From Planctomycetales bacterium (GTDB lineage Bacteria > 4484-113), in the NCBI GenBank assembly GCA_037441675.1, contig JBBIRS010000003.1:185930-249929 (forward strand): DNA of 64,000 bases, given 5' to 3'. The position numbers and the translations under genes were made by a program. Each line of letters starts with the position of its first letter. Position 1 is the stretch's first letter. Below are positions 32,028 to 43,010 of the stretch, one piece after another. Below the pieces are notes generated by a model. It was given only the letters and a program-made list of their open reading frames with translations, did no database searches and was not told the DNA's origin.

Positions 32028-32816
32028 TTACTCCTCGCTGAAGCATTCCTTGAAGAAACTGAGTAGAGCCTGCCAGGAACGCCTATCGGCATTTTGATTG
32101 TAAGCTGAACCACGGGAAGGATCATTACCAGCATTAGTGTTTGTGAAGCTGTGAACAGCTCCGCCATAAATTATCATCTGCCAATCAACTCCGGCGATCC
32201 GCATTTCGTCTTGAAATGCTAGCACCTGTTCTAGTGGGACATGTGGGTCGTCGCCACCGTGACAGACGAGTATTTTGCACTTTATATTCTTGGCATCCTC
32301 TGGATTAGGAGTGGATAATCCTCCGTGAAAGGATACAACTCCGCAAATGTTCGCCCCACTTCGTGCAAGCTCAAGAACTGTGGTTCCACCAAAACAGTAA
32401 CCAATCGCGACGATTTTGTTCACATCGACGAGAGGATGACTTTTGAGAAAGGACAATCCAGCGTTTACTCGCTGACGTAGGAGGGAACGATCAGGTGCGA
32501 GATAAAATTGGCTTGCTAGCTTGCTCGCCTCTTCGGGGGTTTCGGCTACTTTACCATCCCCATACATATCCACTGCAAAGGCAATATAGCCAAGTTCCGC
32601 AATCTGTCTCGCACGCATCTTTGCATATTCGTTCAATCCCCACCATTCATGAACTATAAGAACACCAGGAACCTTTTTCGAGACCTTATCATCGTAAGAA
32701 AGATAACCCGTGAAATTATCTTTTCCGTCGCTGTAATTCACGGTTTCTGAGATTATTCTTGCTTGGATAGGCATTGCTAGTAGAAAAAACATTATTATAC
32801 TGAGAAAAATTCTCAT
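32028..32816 (-). CDS. Dienelactone hydrolase family protein (signal peptide)
   Basis: HEWWGLN, GYCFGG, SFHGGL and YGGAVHSFTN motifs. Confidence 0.92.
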   Translation of the reverse strand: MRIFLSIIMFFLLAMPIQARIISETVNYSDGKDNFTGYLSYDDKVSKKVPGVLIVHEWWGLNEYAKMRARQIAELGYIAFAVDMYGDGKVAETPEEASKLASQFYLAPDRSLLRQRVNAGLSFLKSHPLVDVNKIVAIGYCFGGTTVLELARSGANICGVVSFHGGLSTPNPEDAKNIKCKILVCHGGDDPHVPLEQVLAFQDEMRIAGVDWQMIIYGGAVHSFTNTNAGNDPSRGSAYNQNADRRSWQALLSFFKECFSEE

Positions 32817-32956
32817 TGGTTCTCCTTCACTTAACAGTAATCTGTATTACCAACCTTGTGGCAGAAAATTTTCCATACTGGTGGGATATTACCCTAAACT
32901 AGGTTTTCCGATAAGTGCTTGTGCTATGTGTAAAATCAGATGCTCACTAGGTAAAT

Positions 32957-34240
32957 TTATTTAGAAATAACTGGGGAAACTAATCGCTCCTTGATGAAGT
33001 GAAGGGCGTAAACCCCAATAGCTAGATAGATTAGTATCATACCGAACGCGAATCGCCAGCCAAGCCCGACGCCATAAACTGCGTTAATCTTGTCCGCAAT
33101 TGGACCTACAACCGGCGCAATAACCTGTGGCACGGTAAAGGCAAGGTGCCAGATAGCCATATATCTCCCCACTTCTCGAATAGGAACGAGATTTGCGGCA
33201 AGAGCCCAATCTACCGCTTGAAAAGCTCCCCATGCTATACCGAAAATTACACCTGCAATATAAACTAGCGTGATGTTTCTCACTAGGAGAAACCAAATAA
33301 CCGCTATTGATATGACCGCACAAGTAGAGTAGAGTATTCTTTTTTTGCTGTACCTATCTGCGTATTTTCCCGCGGGGAAGGTTCCGACTAATCCTGAGTA
33401 GGTTATGATAAGTGCTAGTAGCGCAACCGTCATCGGCGCTTTATCGCCAAGCCCAATAGAATCGCGAATGTAGTAGTCAAGAAAGAAGACCGCTGTGTAA
33501 AACCCCATATTTATAAAGAAACGTGAAATGATAAGCCAAGTAAAATCAGGCTCATCTTTTAGCCTTATGTCAAGAATGTGCTTAATGATACTTCTACTTT
33601 TTCGACTTGAAAGGACTGGTTCTTGAACGCCTAGAACAGTCCAAAGCATAGTGAGAATAATAGTTACCATCACAATTACAGCAAGGATGAAAAGACGAGT
33701 ATCAAAATCCATCAAGGGAAACAGGATACCTTGGATAATGACGCCAGAGATCGGTAAGGCGAAACCTTGTCCAAGGATTATCGCAAGACCCATATATGCT
33801 GAGGCAAGTCCATGACTTGCGGGTGGAACTAGGTCGGGCATTAGAGCTTGATAGGGACCAGCGGCAATGTTTATGAATAACTGAAGGATTAAGAATGCTA
33901 TAAAGAGAAACGAGTACTTGGGTGCAAGGGCTAACAGTATCAGAGCAGGGATAGATGCAAGCACTCCAAAGAACATGTAAGGTCTTCTTCTTCCCCATTG
34001 GGACTTTGTGGCATCGCTTATGGGACCAACAATTAGCTGGATTACCGTTGAAACGAACGCTCCTGCAGAAGTAATATAGAAAACGTATGTGCCCTTAAGT
34101 TCAGGGTAAAAGTGATGAACCTGCTCCGGAAGCCAAAGGAAGAGCACACTAGACCAAAGGAAGCTATGACCGAACCAAAATGCAGAAATCGCCAATAATG
34201 ATTTGGGATTAACCTGAAATCGTACTTCGCTTGCGCCCAT
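32957..34240 (-). CDS. MFS transporter (sugar/GPH-like)
   Basis: About 12 hydrophobic segments; SD.T.S.WGRRRPY and G.YADRYSKK motif A. Confidence 0.88.
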   Translation of the reverse strand: MGASEVRFQVNPKSLLAISAFWFGHSFLWSSVLFLWLPEQVHHFYPELKGTYVFYITSAGAFVSTVIQLIVGPISDATKSQWGRRRPYMFFGVLASIPALILLALAPKYSFLFIAFLILQLFINIAAGPYQALMPDLVPPASHGLASAYMGLAIILGQGFALPISGVIIQGILFPLMDFDTRLFILAVIVMVTIILTMLWTVLGVQEPVLSSRKSRSIIKHILDIRLKDEPDFTWLIISRFFINMGFYTAVFFLDYYIRDSIGLGDKAPMTVALLALIITYSGLVGTFPAGKYADRYSKKRILYSTCAVISIAVIWFLLVRNITLVYIAGVIFGIAWGAFQAVDWALAANLVPIREVGRYMAIWHLAFTVPQVIAPVVGPIADKINAVYGVGLGWRFAFGMILIYLAIGVYALHFIKERLVSPVISK

Positions 34241-34412
34241 TAAATTAGGTTGTATTTAATTGGAGATAAACTATTATTTTATATGAAGATGCTGTAGTAG
34301 ATTTCATTAAGATAAACAAATCCTATCTAGAAGAGGCAAAACAATTAAATGAGCAGATTTGATGCAACCTGCGTGGAGATTTAGGAAAACAATATTTACC
34401 TAGTTTTTTATA

Positions 34413-37007
34413 ATGCAACTTCGCTGGTACCAATCTTTGGTTCTAGTTTTTCTCATCGGAGGATTAAGGATGGATGTTAGCTCTGAGGATATTAGTGCAA
34501 TTGTAGATGTTGAAGGTTCCATAACGATATGTCGTGGAGGAAAGCCATTCATTAGCGATGTTCATCTTGTGCTGGGTGGGAGATCGCGGTACTGGAAGAC
34601 GATAAGCCAAGGTGGTGAAACCTCTCTGCCTGAGAATGGTGAAAGTCCTAAGCTTGTAGAACCAGAATTAGCTAGCTTAAAGACAAATGAAGTAGAGTTT
34701 ACAGCTGGCGAAAGGGTGTGCGTTAGCTTGAAAGTGGAGAATCTAGATAAATCAACAGTCATTAGAATTGGTGTGGACGCAGACCAAATTGATATTGAAG
34801 AAATTCATTTTATAGGTAAAACGGATTTAACTGAAGGATTAATTCTAGCTAACGGATTTCACTCGTGGGACACAAGAAAACCTCAGAGAATCGAGGATTT
34901 GGCGGAGGGGGAATTTGTTGAAACCTACGGTTTTAGTTTGGTTGATAGTAAAGTTCTTTTTGGCTTTACTGGAAATAACTTAGCTATTAACAAGTTTAGA
35001 CATTATAAAAATGGAAGATTAGAGGCGATTTCCTACTTTGGAAGCAAAGTATTTGACAGAATAGCAAGTGAAGAATTGACGATTGTAATTTATGAAGGCA
35101 AAAATTCAGCTGAGCTTCTTCAGAGATATCTGACACATTTTGTTAAAGGGACAAAAAGGAGCATTGCGGGCGGATGGTGCAGTTGGTACTACTATTATGA
35201 AAAGGTGAGGGAGGAGGACGTGGTCAAGAATGCAGAGATTCTCGCAAATTATTTTAGATGGCAAGGAGCGGAGTATGTTCAGCTGGATGACGGCTATCAG
35301 ATTGCCAATGGTGATTGGGAAACGAATGAAAAATTCCCGCATGGGCATAGATGGCTAACGAACAAGATACAAAGCCTTGGCCTAAAGGCAGGGTTGTGGA
35401 TTGCGCCTTTCATTATTGCGGAGAAGTCTAGTGTCTTTAAGGGGCATCCTGATTGGATGCTTAAGAACGAGGACAAAGAGCTCGTCAGGTATCTTGACAT
35501 GCCGCATTGGGGTGGGCAGACATTTATTCTAGACCCAACTAATCCTTCCGCGCAGGATTGGCTGAAGAAACTAGCGAGGAAAATTACTGAGGATTGGGGA
35601 TATGATCACATCAAAGTTGACTTTATGCACATCGTTTCTTCCTATGGAACGAAATTTTTTGCCAACGTCACGCCGGTGGAAGCTTATCTGATTGGCTTGA
35701 AGGCAATTAGGGAGGGAGCTGGGGATGCGTATCTTCTAGGTTGTGGAGCTCCGCTTTTACCTTCTGTTGGTTACGTTGATGGAATGCGAATTGGTGGAGA
35801 TGTTTGGGCGGTTTGGGATGGAATTGAGCCGGCATTTCTCTCCACATCTACGCGCTGGTTTATGAATGGCAAGCTTTTTTGGACTGACCCGGATTGCTTG
35901 CTTGTACGTGAACCGCTCACGATTGATGAGGCTAGAACCTGGGCAAGCTTTTATACGATTACCGGTCAGATGAATCTCTTGAGTGATGATTTGGGCAAGC
36001 TTGGAGATGAGAGACTTGGACTACTTCAGAAAACATTTCCGATAAGAGTGCCGTATAAGGTAGAACCTGTAATTACTCCGCCTGAAAAACCAAGACATGC
36101 TCCCGCAATAACAGATGATAAGGGTAATGTTTTTGAGCTTAATGCACTATGGAAGTTTATTTATGATGATGGCAATTTCGCTGGGATTGAAGTTGATGAC
36201 TCATCGTGGGACAAAGTTGAAATGCCTCACCGGTGGAAGTCGGATTACGATGGTTTTGGCTGGTATAGGTTGCGGTTTAAGCTTCCTCGAGATTTTCTAG
36301 GCGGTAATTTAACCTTAGAGCTTGGGCGTGTGGACGATTCGGATGAGACATTTCTAAATGTCGTGAGTATTGGCAAAAGTGGAGAATTCCCTCCGAATTA
36401 TGAAAGTGCTTGGCCAAGATTTAGACGATATAAAATTCCAAAGGAGCTTTTGAGAGACGACGAGGAGAACGTTTTAGCGGTTAGGGCCTATGATGGAGGA
36501 GGTGCGGGGGGAATATACAACCTAGAGCCTAATATTCCCGGCTTTGAAGTCTGGCGCAGGTTTGAGCGTGTGGATGGCGGGGATGGAGCGGTTCTCTTTA
36601 TGAATTTGCAGGAACACGAGAGAACCTTCACTCTTGAGCTGGAAAAGCAATATTTAGCCTTTGATTATTGGCAGGAATTGTATCTTGGAAAACTGAATCG
36701 CTTGACAATCCGCTTGAAACCTCACGAATGCGGACTTATTTGGCTAAGGGAACCAACTGAAGCGGTGACAGTTCTTGGAACTTCCTCTCACATCACGGGA
36801 AGGCTAGAATGGGAAAGTGAGGGTAACTCAATTATGGGTAGCATTCCGAAGGGAAATTACTTGGAGTCACCACGCATCTTTATTTATGTTCCTGAAAACT
36901 ATCGTATCGCCCAGGCGGAAGGCGAAGTTAAAAGGGTGGGGGAGCCCACCACACTCACTCTTTCAGAAGGCATTAGTGACTTTCGAGTCGTTTTCGCGAA
37001 GAAATAA
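34413..37007 (+). CDS. Alpha-galactosidase-like glycoside hydrolase (GH36/clan D) with inserted galactose-binding jelly-roll domain
   Basis: GWCSWY, QLDDGYQ, KFPHG, GLWIAPF, KVDF, MRIGGD, DPDCL; insert with GWYR..F, LG.VDD.DE.FLN and R.Y.IP. Confidence 0.8.
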   Translation: MQLRWYQSLVLVFLIGGLRMDVSSEDISAIVDVEGSITICRGGKPFISDVHLVLGGRSRYWKTISQGGETSLPENGESPKLVEPELASLKTNEVEFTAGERVCVSLKVENLDKSTVIRIGVDADQIDIEEIHFIGKTDLTEGLILANGFHSWDTRKPQRIEDLAEGEFVETYGFSLVDSKVLFGFTGNNLAINKFRHYKNGRLEAISYFGSKVFDRIASEELTIVIYEGKNSAELLQRYLTHFVKGTKRSIAGGWCSWYYYYEKVREEDVVKNAEILANYFRWQGAEYVQLDDGYQIANGDWETNEKFPHGHRWLTNKIQSLGLKAGLWIAPFIIAEKSSVFKGHPDWMLKNEDKELVRYLDMPHWGGQTFILDPTNPSAQDWLKKLARKITEDWGYDHIKVDFMHIVSSYGTKFFANVTPVEAYLIGLKAIREGAGDAYLLGCGAPLLPSVGYVDGMRIGGDVWAVWDGIEPAFLSTSTRWFMNGKLFWTDPDCLLVREPLTIDEARTWASFYTITGQMNLLSDDLGKLGDERLGLLQKTFPIRVPYKVEPVITPPEKPRHAPAITDDKGNVFELNALWKFIYDDGNFAGIEVDDSSWDKVEMPHRWKSDYDGFGWYRLRFKLPRDFLGGNLTLELGRVDDSDETFLNVVSIGKSGEFPPNYESAWPRFRRYKIPKELLRDDEENVLAVRAYDGGGAGGIYNLEPNIPGFEVWRRFERVDGGDGAVLFMNLQEHERTFTLELEKQYLAFDYWQELYLGKLNRLTIRLKPHECGLIWLREPTEAVTVLGTSSHITGRLEWESEGNSIMGSIPKGNYLESPRIFIYVPENYRIAQAEGEVKRVGEPTTLTLSEGISDFRVVFAKK

Positions 37008-37033
37008 TCTTTAGAGAATTGAATAGCTTATCT

Positions 37034-37579
37034 TTACTCTTCCGCAAGCTTATGCCCGAGTTCGTGGTACTTTTCATGCACGCCCTTGCCCATCTCTTCC
37101 CGCTCAATCCTTTCAAAAGCTTCTACAAGTTCTTTTTGGTCATTCTCCGTTAGCACGTTATCGCCCATTGGGAATAGGATACTGTTCTCTTTGTCTATAT
37201 GCGCAGTTAGAAGTTCAGTATAGCCAAGCATAGTGTTAGCAAGTTCGTTCTTGAGAGAATCATCTCCGGTATTTAATTTCTCCAGCAGTTCAGCCATTCT
37301 CCGCACAAACGCTCTTCCCTCTTCGTGCTCATAAAGCATCACGCCGATGGGTCCGCCATCGCGAGGAATGCCACACTGCTCCATTCGTGGGAAAAGGTGC
37401 TTCTCTTCTTTTCCGTGATGGCACTTGTCAGTGAAGTTCCTGAAGAAGTCGACAATCTGCGAAACTTTTTCCGCGTTAACGGAGCTTGTTTCCAAAATTC
37501 TATTGGCTTCACGCTCCACTCCTTTGAGCACCAGAAGAATAATTTGATGCTCGTGCATTAAGATTTCAGTCGGTTTCAT
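37034..37579 (-). CDS. Hemerythrin (HHE) domain protein
   Basis: EH..I, HHGKEE..LFP, EHEEGR and HI.KEN.ILFP motifs; GGAG RBS before ATG 37579. Confidence 0.9.
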   Translation of the reverse strand: MKPTEILMHEHQIILLVLKGVEREANRILETSSVNAEKVSQIVDFFRNFTDKCHHGKEEKHLFPRMEQCGIPRDGGPIGVMLYEHEEGRAFVRRMAELLEKLNTGDDSLKNELANTMLGYTELLTAHIDKENSILFPMGDNVLTENDQKELVEAFERIEREEMGKGVHEKYHELGHKLAEE

Positions 37580-37695
37580 TCGTTTCTCCATACAACATTT
37601 TTGTTTGTGGGCTGTTTCAGACGGAAATGCTTCAACTATTGTTTGGGAAGCTTCCATCTTCGTATAAAAGTATAACCGCTAATTATGGTGAATGA

Positions 37696-37711
37696 CGTGA
37701 CATAAGTCTCA
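37696..37711 (-). promoter_or_regulatory. Crp/Fnr-family (HcpR/Dnr-like) box in class II position upstream of the hemerythrin gene
   Basis: TGAGA-N6-TCACG on the minus strand, centred 29.5 bp upstream of a TATACT -10 (37674-37669), i.e. about -41.5. Confidence 0.55.
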
Positions 37712-38109
37712 AGGAGGGATGAAAGTCCTGCATTTTAGCCTTATACTCTTTAGGGGGTGATTTCCCCTTTCTAGATTATCTAACCGCAAAATCTTTGCTT
37801 GATTCTCACCTATTCATTTTTTGGGGTATAATGATAATGAGTTCCTTATGCAAGGAAGAGAGTAGGGTAACTTCTCATTTTGGATGAGGTGCTAAGATGA
37901 GAGATGTTTTCCAGATGGATGTGCTCTCTCTCTAGGAGAGGAGGGGTAAGAGCCCAAGACATTCCCTGATATTTTAGATGTATCACCCGGATTTGCGTAG
38001 GTAGGGGATTTTGCTGGCGGGTTGTCTTGCGCTAGAGCAGATGCTATGTTATGCCTTTTCGTAGAGGGAAAGCTTTTTCTTAAAGGCGATTTTGCTTGTA
38101 ACTTCTAGC

Positions 38110-38125
38110 TGTGAATGCTTTCACA
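38110..38125. promoter_or_regulatory. Palindrome matching the Rex/Crp-type core TGTGAA-N4-TTCACA
   Basis: TGTGAATGCTTTCACA; no obvious gene start adjacent. Confidence 0.35.
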
Positions 38126-38157
38126 TTTCGGAATTTGCTGTCTACCTCGTAGAGAAT

Positions 38158-39288
38158 TTACTCTAGCACGAAGATGTTTCGCTTCGCGCACATTTCCTTG
38201 AGTATCTTTGGCCACACGGTGACGGAGACCTCACCCAGATGCGCCTTCTTTAGCAGCGACATATAGGTCCGAGATTGGCCTATGCCTCCGCCTATGGAAA
38301 GGGGCACCTTATCGTTCATAATCGCTTGATGGTAAGGGTAGTTAAGGAAATGCAAGAGCCCGCTCATTTCAAGTTGCTTGACGAGGGTCTCTTTATTGAC
38401 TCGTATGCCCATTGAGGTGAGCTCGTGGCGTCTGCGCGTCACATAATTCCAGATAAGGATATCACCATTAAGTCCATGCATCGGACGACCATCCTCAGAG
38501 ACTGTCTCTGTAATCCAATCGTCATAATCCGCGGCGCGCATCTCGTGGGGATAACCATCTTTTAGCGGATAGCCAACGCCGATTATAAATATAGCGGGAT
38601 ACTTCTGAAGGACCATAGTTTCCCTTTGCTTCCTAGGCAAATTTGGAAACATATCAAGAATATCCTCCGCATGGAGGAAGGTCAACTCTTCCGGCAGGTT
38701 TGGATACTTGTCGGTGCGCAATTGAGGGTAGAGCTTCTGCACGTGTTCTTCCGCACCCTTCAGGACACGCCAAATCTTTTCCACGACTTCGCGCAGAAAT
38801 TTGAGATTGCGCTCCTTTTCGGTTATAGCAAGCTCCCAATCCCACTGGTCAACGTAGGCGGAATGGTCATGGTCTAGGAAGTAGTCCTTGCGAACCGCAC
38901 GCATATCGGTGCAAATTCCTTCGCCAGGCTTGCATTTGAACTGCGCCAGCGCCATCCTCTTCCACTTGGTAGCAGCTTGAACAATTTGCGCATCAATGGG
39001 ATGCTTGCCAAAGTCATTTGAGATGTGGAACTGTATTGGCGTGCGGGAACCATCCCTATCCAGCATATCGTTAACGCCACTCTCTACGTCAACAATGAGG
39101 GGCACTTGAACCATCATCAGATTCAACGCCTTGCAAAGCTCGTCTTCAATGTACTCCTTTACCGCGAAGATGGCGCGCTGGGTTTCCCGAACGTCAAGGA
39201 TTGATTGGTAATCCATTGGGAGGATTTTCTCAAGCTCTGCATAATCGCCGATGCCAGGTCCAGCGAGGTCTGCACGTTTATCGGCCAT
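38158..39288 (-). CDS. asnA: Aspartate--ammonia ligase (asparagine synthetase A)
   Basis: KWKRMAL, HSAYVDQWDWE, RAADYDDW, GLNGDIL, ELTSMGIRV and SIGGGIGQSR motifs. Confidence 0.93.
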   Translation of the reverse strand: MADKRADLAGPGIGDYAELEKILPMDYQSILDVRETQRAIFAVKEYIEDELCKALNLMMVQVPLIVDVESGVNDMLDRDGSRTPIQFHISNDFGKHPIDAQIVQAATKWKRMALAQFKCKPGEGICTDMRAVRKDYFLDHDHSAYVDQWDWELAITEKERNLKFLREVVEKIWRVLKGAEEHVQKLYPQLRTDKYPNLPEELTFLHAEDILDMFPNLPRKQRETMVLQKYPAIFIIGVGYPLKDGYPHEMRAADYDDWITETVSEDGRPMHGLNGDILIWNYVTRRRHELTSMGIRVNKETLVKQLEMSGLLHFLNYPYHQAIMNDKVPLSIGGGIGQSRTYMSLLKKAHLGEVSVTVWPKILKEMCAKRNIFVLE

Positions 39289-39545
39289 TGGATAATGCTC
39301 CTTATAAGTAAATTGAAATAAAAACATAGGCGTTTGGGCGCTATGGTCTTTCAAAAGCAAATTTTCTTTAGGCTCAGCGAATCAAAGTTTTCTCAACTTG
39401 CCTAAAATCCCTACGCCTTTCATTTGTGAATTGTAACACAAATTCTGCTGACATTCAATTTCTTAAGCAAAACATTTAAGTATAGCTAAGGCTCAGCGCT
39501 TCAAGGCACGTCGGCAGAAATAAGCGGGCTTGGCACTCTTAAGCG

Positions 39546-40799
39546 CTATTTTCGCATCCGAGAAGCCTCATCTTTAATCTGCGCGAGGGATTCTTTCATT
39601 GGCGCCCAGCCATACCAGTGCATATAGTCAGGATTCATGTGGAAGGCGCCCTGAAATGTGCGCATTCTATGTTCAAGGAACATTATCCAAAGCTCCTGCT
39701 CAATTGCGCTTTTCGCCTCGTAAAACTGTAGAAGGTCAGGCGCAAATGTCCAACCCGCAGGCTTCTCAAGCAAACCTTCGTCGTAAAGAGATTTCACCTC
39801 GCGGATAGCGTCCGCCATCATCTTATCCGCTTCTCGGATTATGGCATCTCCAGCGTCGAGGTTCGCCTTCGCATAGCTTGGGCTATGGCACTTGGAGCAA
39901 ACCGCGAGCATCTTTTCCCGTTCAGCCTGAAATTCCTCTTTAGTCATCCTTGCCACCTTGCCAGCCTTCGCTACATCAAGCCTTGCGGTAGGATTTCCCT
40001 CCCAATCTAGCACACCAAGAGATTGAAGTATGGTTACGCGGTCTTTCATCCACTCCTCATCGTCCTCAGGAAGCCTCAGTGCCAAAAATCCCCAGCTTGT
40101 CATCACTGCGTGGTCGCCATCTGGCATATGGCAAGTTTGGCAGGTGGGAGCGCGTCCTGCTTTTCCACCCTGATTTTCAATCGCCCAGAGGGTTCCATGC
40201 TTGCTCGTGCTCCACATTTCCCACTGGGGATGGTCAAAGCCCATATGACAGGTTTGGCAGGCGCGAGGATCCCTCGCTTCTTCTACGCTGAATGTATGGC
40301 GCGTGTGACAGGAATCGCAGCTTCCAGTGCCGTAACGGAATTCCTTAATTGAGCTAGTGCCGACTTTCAAGCCAATCTTATGGCATCCGCTACATCCCTT
40401 GAAGCCTGTTCCGACAACCGCAGTCGGCTGATGCGCCCACATTGGCATCGCCTCCATCGCCACCCATGCGAGCGAGTGTTTACCGCTGGCGAACTGCTCT
40501 AACTGTTCAGGATGGCAGACTTGGCAGGTTTCGGGCGTGGGAATCTCGGCAAGGTTTGCGTCTTCCGCTCCTTTCACGTGTTTGTCCCCGTGACAGGTGG
40601 AACAGTCAAGTCCCGCTTTTCCCATCTTTCCAGCGAGAAATTGGGAGACTATTCCCGGCGTCACTTTAGAGTGGCAATTGATACACGATGACTCCTGTGC
40701 GGATGCTCCTTCAGGCGAGCTAACCTCAAGCGCTAACGTTAAGACAAAGCCAGAGATTGTACTTGCGAGAAGCATTAAGCAAAACAATTTACCGTTCAT
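39546..40799 (-). CDS. Octaheme cytochrome c, hydroxylamine oxidoreductase (HAO) family
   Basis: Signal peptide; 8 CxxCH motifs; CDSCHTRHTFS..EAR.P.AC.TCHMG.DHPQ and FHMNPDY.HW.G. Confidence 0.88.
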   Translation of the reverse strand: MNGKLFCLMLLASTISGFVLTLALEVSSPEGASAQESSCINCHSKVTPGIVSQFLAGKMGKAGLDCSTCHGDKHVKGAEDANLAEIPTPETCQVCHPEQLEQFASGKHSLAWVAMEAMPMWAHQPTAVVGTGFKGCSGCHKIGLKVGTSSIKEFRYGTGSCDSCHTRHTFSVEEARDPRACQTCHMGFDHPQWEMWSTSKHGTLWAIENQGGKAGRAPTCQTCHMPDGDHAVMTSWGFLALRLPEDDEEWMKDRVTILQSLGVLDWEGNPTARLDVAKAGKVARMTKEEFQAEREKMLAVCSKCHSPSYAKANLDAGDAIIREADKMMADAIREVKSLYDEGLLEKPAGWTFAPDLLQFYEAKSAIEQELWIMFLEHRMRTFQGAFHMNPDYMHWYGWAPMKESLAQIKDEASRMRK

Positions 40800-41015
40800 A
40801 AATCCCTCCTGAAAGACATTTCCGGCGGAAAGGTGAGTTCCACCAGGAAGTTATTCTACAATAACGAGGCTAGATTTTGAAGGTTGGAGGTGCAGGCTTA
40901 CCTGACAAATCATCTTTATTGTAGAGGTTTGTAGGATTAGCTTGAACAACTGCAATTGGTGCTATCTTTCGCGCCCAAGAATATGGCTTAATACGAATAT
41001 CTCGCCTTTCAGCGG

Positions 41016-41885
41016 TTAATCCAGGACCCAGACCTTGACGTCGCGTCTTCCGAATTTCAGGGCTTCCGCCTGGGTGTCAAAGCCAAGGTCTATCCGCATT
41101 CCCTTAATAGCGCCACCTACGTCGCCTGCAACCGCGTAGCCGTATCCCTCAATATAGAGCCTAGTCTTCAGCGGTATCACCTTTGGATCAACCGCGACTA
41201 CGCCATACCCTGCCCGCAAGCCTATCGCTGTATTGTGCGGATTGCCCCATCCTGCAGTTGCTTCCTCAGGTGAATACGCGGTTGCATCCATCGTTAGCAC
41301 TTTCTTTGCCCTCAGCGGAGGCTTGAACTCCCTGGATGCCAGTCTGCGCATCCTGATAATAGTCTCATAACTTGGAGTAATGTTCTTATCAACTTCACGA
41401 TAAATATGGATTATTCTAGCTTTAGGTTCTTTTAACATTTCATAGGTCGTGCGCCCGCCCACAATTTTGCCATCTAACGTGAATACCGTGATGTTCACGC
41501 GCTTAAAGCCTGGGTTGCCCGATGAACGCACCTCCACTCTTGGAGCGCTTTGTGTTGGAATAATCCTGTAATCTATTGGCGGAGGCACTACTTCCTCCTC
41601 GCTCATGCGGTAAACGTAGAGCCACGGCAAGGCAATTTTTCCAGGAAGAGCGGAGTTTAAGGTGAGTTGGGAGCCTTGTAAAACTTTCTCTGGTAATTCT
41701 ATCCCAAGTTCATTAAGAAGATCTCCCAGTGCGGCAGAATCGGTCTCAAGCTGAAAAGTATCGTTTGCTAAGCTAAGAACCACTTTCTTCTTTGCATAAG
41801 CGGGAATACTGATGGAAAAAAACGCCGCAATTAGGACAAAAAGTAAGACAGCTCCGCGAAGTAGTTTTCTACCTAACTCCTTCAT
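41016..41885 (-). CDS. 3D-domain cell-wall protein with G5-like region
   Basis: ATAY, VAVDPKVIPL, A.DVGGAIKG.RIDL (3D domain). Confidence 0.85.
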   Translation of the reverse strand: MKELGRKLLRGAVLLFVLIAAFFSISIPAYAKKKVVLSLANDTFQLETDSAALGDLLNELGIELPEKVLQGSQLTLNSALPGKIALPWLYVYRMSEEEVVPPPIDYRIIPTQSAPRVEVRSSGNPGFKRVNITVFTLDGKIVGGRTTYEMLKEPKARIIHIYREVDKNITPSYETIIRMRRLASREFKPPLRAKKVLTMDATAYSPEEATAGWGNPHNTAIGLRAGYGVVAVDPKVIPLKTRLYIEGYGYAVAGDVGGAIKGMRIDLGFDTQAEALKFGRRDVKVWVLD

Positions 41886-41964
41886 CCTTCCAGCCTTAGT
41901 AGGTTGGAAGTAATTATACCAAAGATTTATTGTCAAGCGAGTAAGGGTTGAGCAGTTAAAAGTA

Positions 41965-42741
41965 TTACTGCTGAACTAATTTATTAAATAGAGAGAGCTT
42001 TTCTGATTCTGTTAAAACCTCATCCGCAAGTGGGAAGATAACCTTCTCCTCCTTATTCACGTGATTTAATACTAGGGAAAGAAAAACGATAAAGTGCAAA
42101 CGTAGCGAGCAGAGTGCCGTCGTGCCATTCTTTTTGAATATTGCATGCAGTTTTTCTAAAACCTTAAGCCTACTTTGAATTAGCTTATGTTCATAAACAA
42201 TAACCCCAAGAGGTTCTCCTGTGTAGTTATGACGGGCTTGGAGAGTTTGGAATAAATGCTTTTCCTCTTGCAGATAGTGCGAGTTTAATAAACTGATGAT
42301 ATTTTTAAGATTCTCCGATAGTTTCTTAACATATTCGTTACTAGGAGAAGAAAGGCATTCGTCTAACTTGTCAAGTGCGGAAAGGATATTTTTAAGGGCA
42401 TTTTTAATACGAATGTGTTCAAAGTAGAACTTCCCTATTGCATCCTTCTCCCGTTGATACTGCTCTGCCCGTTGTCTGATTTTTTTCTCAATAGTGAACT
42501 TTAGAATAGCGCGAGGCTTTTCTTTTCCACCTTCTGATACTGAGAGAATTTCTGAAATGAGTTCGTATGGTATAGACTCCCCTAAGAGAAGGCTTAATGA
42601 CGCATTTGGCGTTTGACTTATATGATAGGAAAGCCAATTTTTCCCAAGATAAATCTCAAGGATTTCTTTCGTCTTCGCATCCTGATTAAATGCAAAAAGT
42701 GGAGCGGTTAGAATTTCACTTGCACTATCATAAATTGCCAC
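41965..42741 (-). CDS. Hemerythrin (HHE) domain protein with N-terminal extension
   Basis: EH..I, H...EEKHLF, EH..I and HVNKEEKVIFP motifs. Confidence 0.8.
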   Translation of the reverse strand: MAIYDSASEILTAPLFAFNQDAKTKEILEIYLGKNWLSYHISQTPNASLSLLLGESIPYELISEILSVSEGGKEKPRAILKFTIEKKIRQRAEQYQREKDAIGKFYFEHIRIKNALKNILSALDKLDECLSSPSNEYVKKLSENLKNIISLLNSHYLQEEKHLFQTLQARHNYTGEPLGVIVYEHKLIQSRLKVLEKLHAIFKKNGTTALCSLRLHFIVFLSLVLNHVNKEEKVIFPLADEVLTESEKLSLFNKLVQQ

Positions 42742-43010
42742 GTTATTCTCCGTTTGCTTTTTTCTGATTCTGCCTATTATTAGTGTCTTCTTAAATGAAC
42801 TTTGTAATCACACTTATTAATGCATTTGTGCTTTCAAAGCCGTAATATTTGGCGATGCGCTTTTTACCAAAGCCAGCTTTACAAGTAGCGCGCGTTTTCA
42901 AGCGTGCTAGTAGGTGAAAAGTTGCCGAATGAGTAAGATTGTTTCCCATAAGTTCATTTGCGATGTAAAAATTTGATTTTTTTCACTACACATATCCGAC
43001 TTCCGCCAAG

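Noticed and set aside
37860..38100. Possible small gene in the 500-bp gap between the hemerythrin gene and asnA
   Set aside because: The ATG after a GAGG is closed by a stop within 13 codons and there is no recognisable homology
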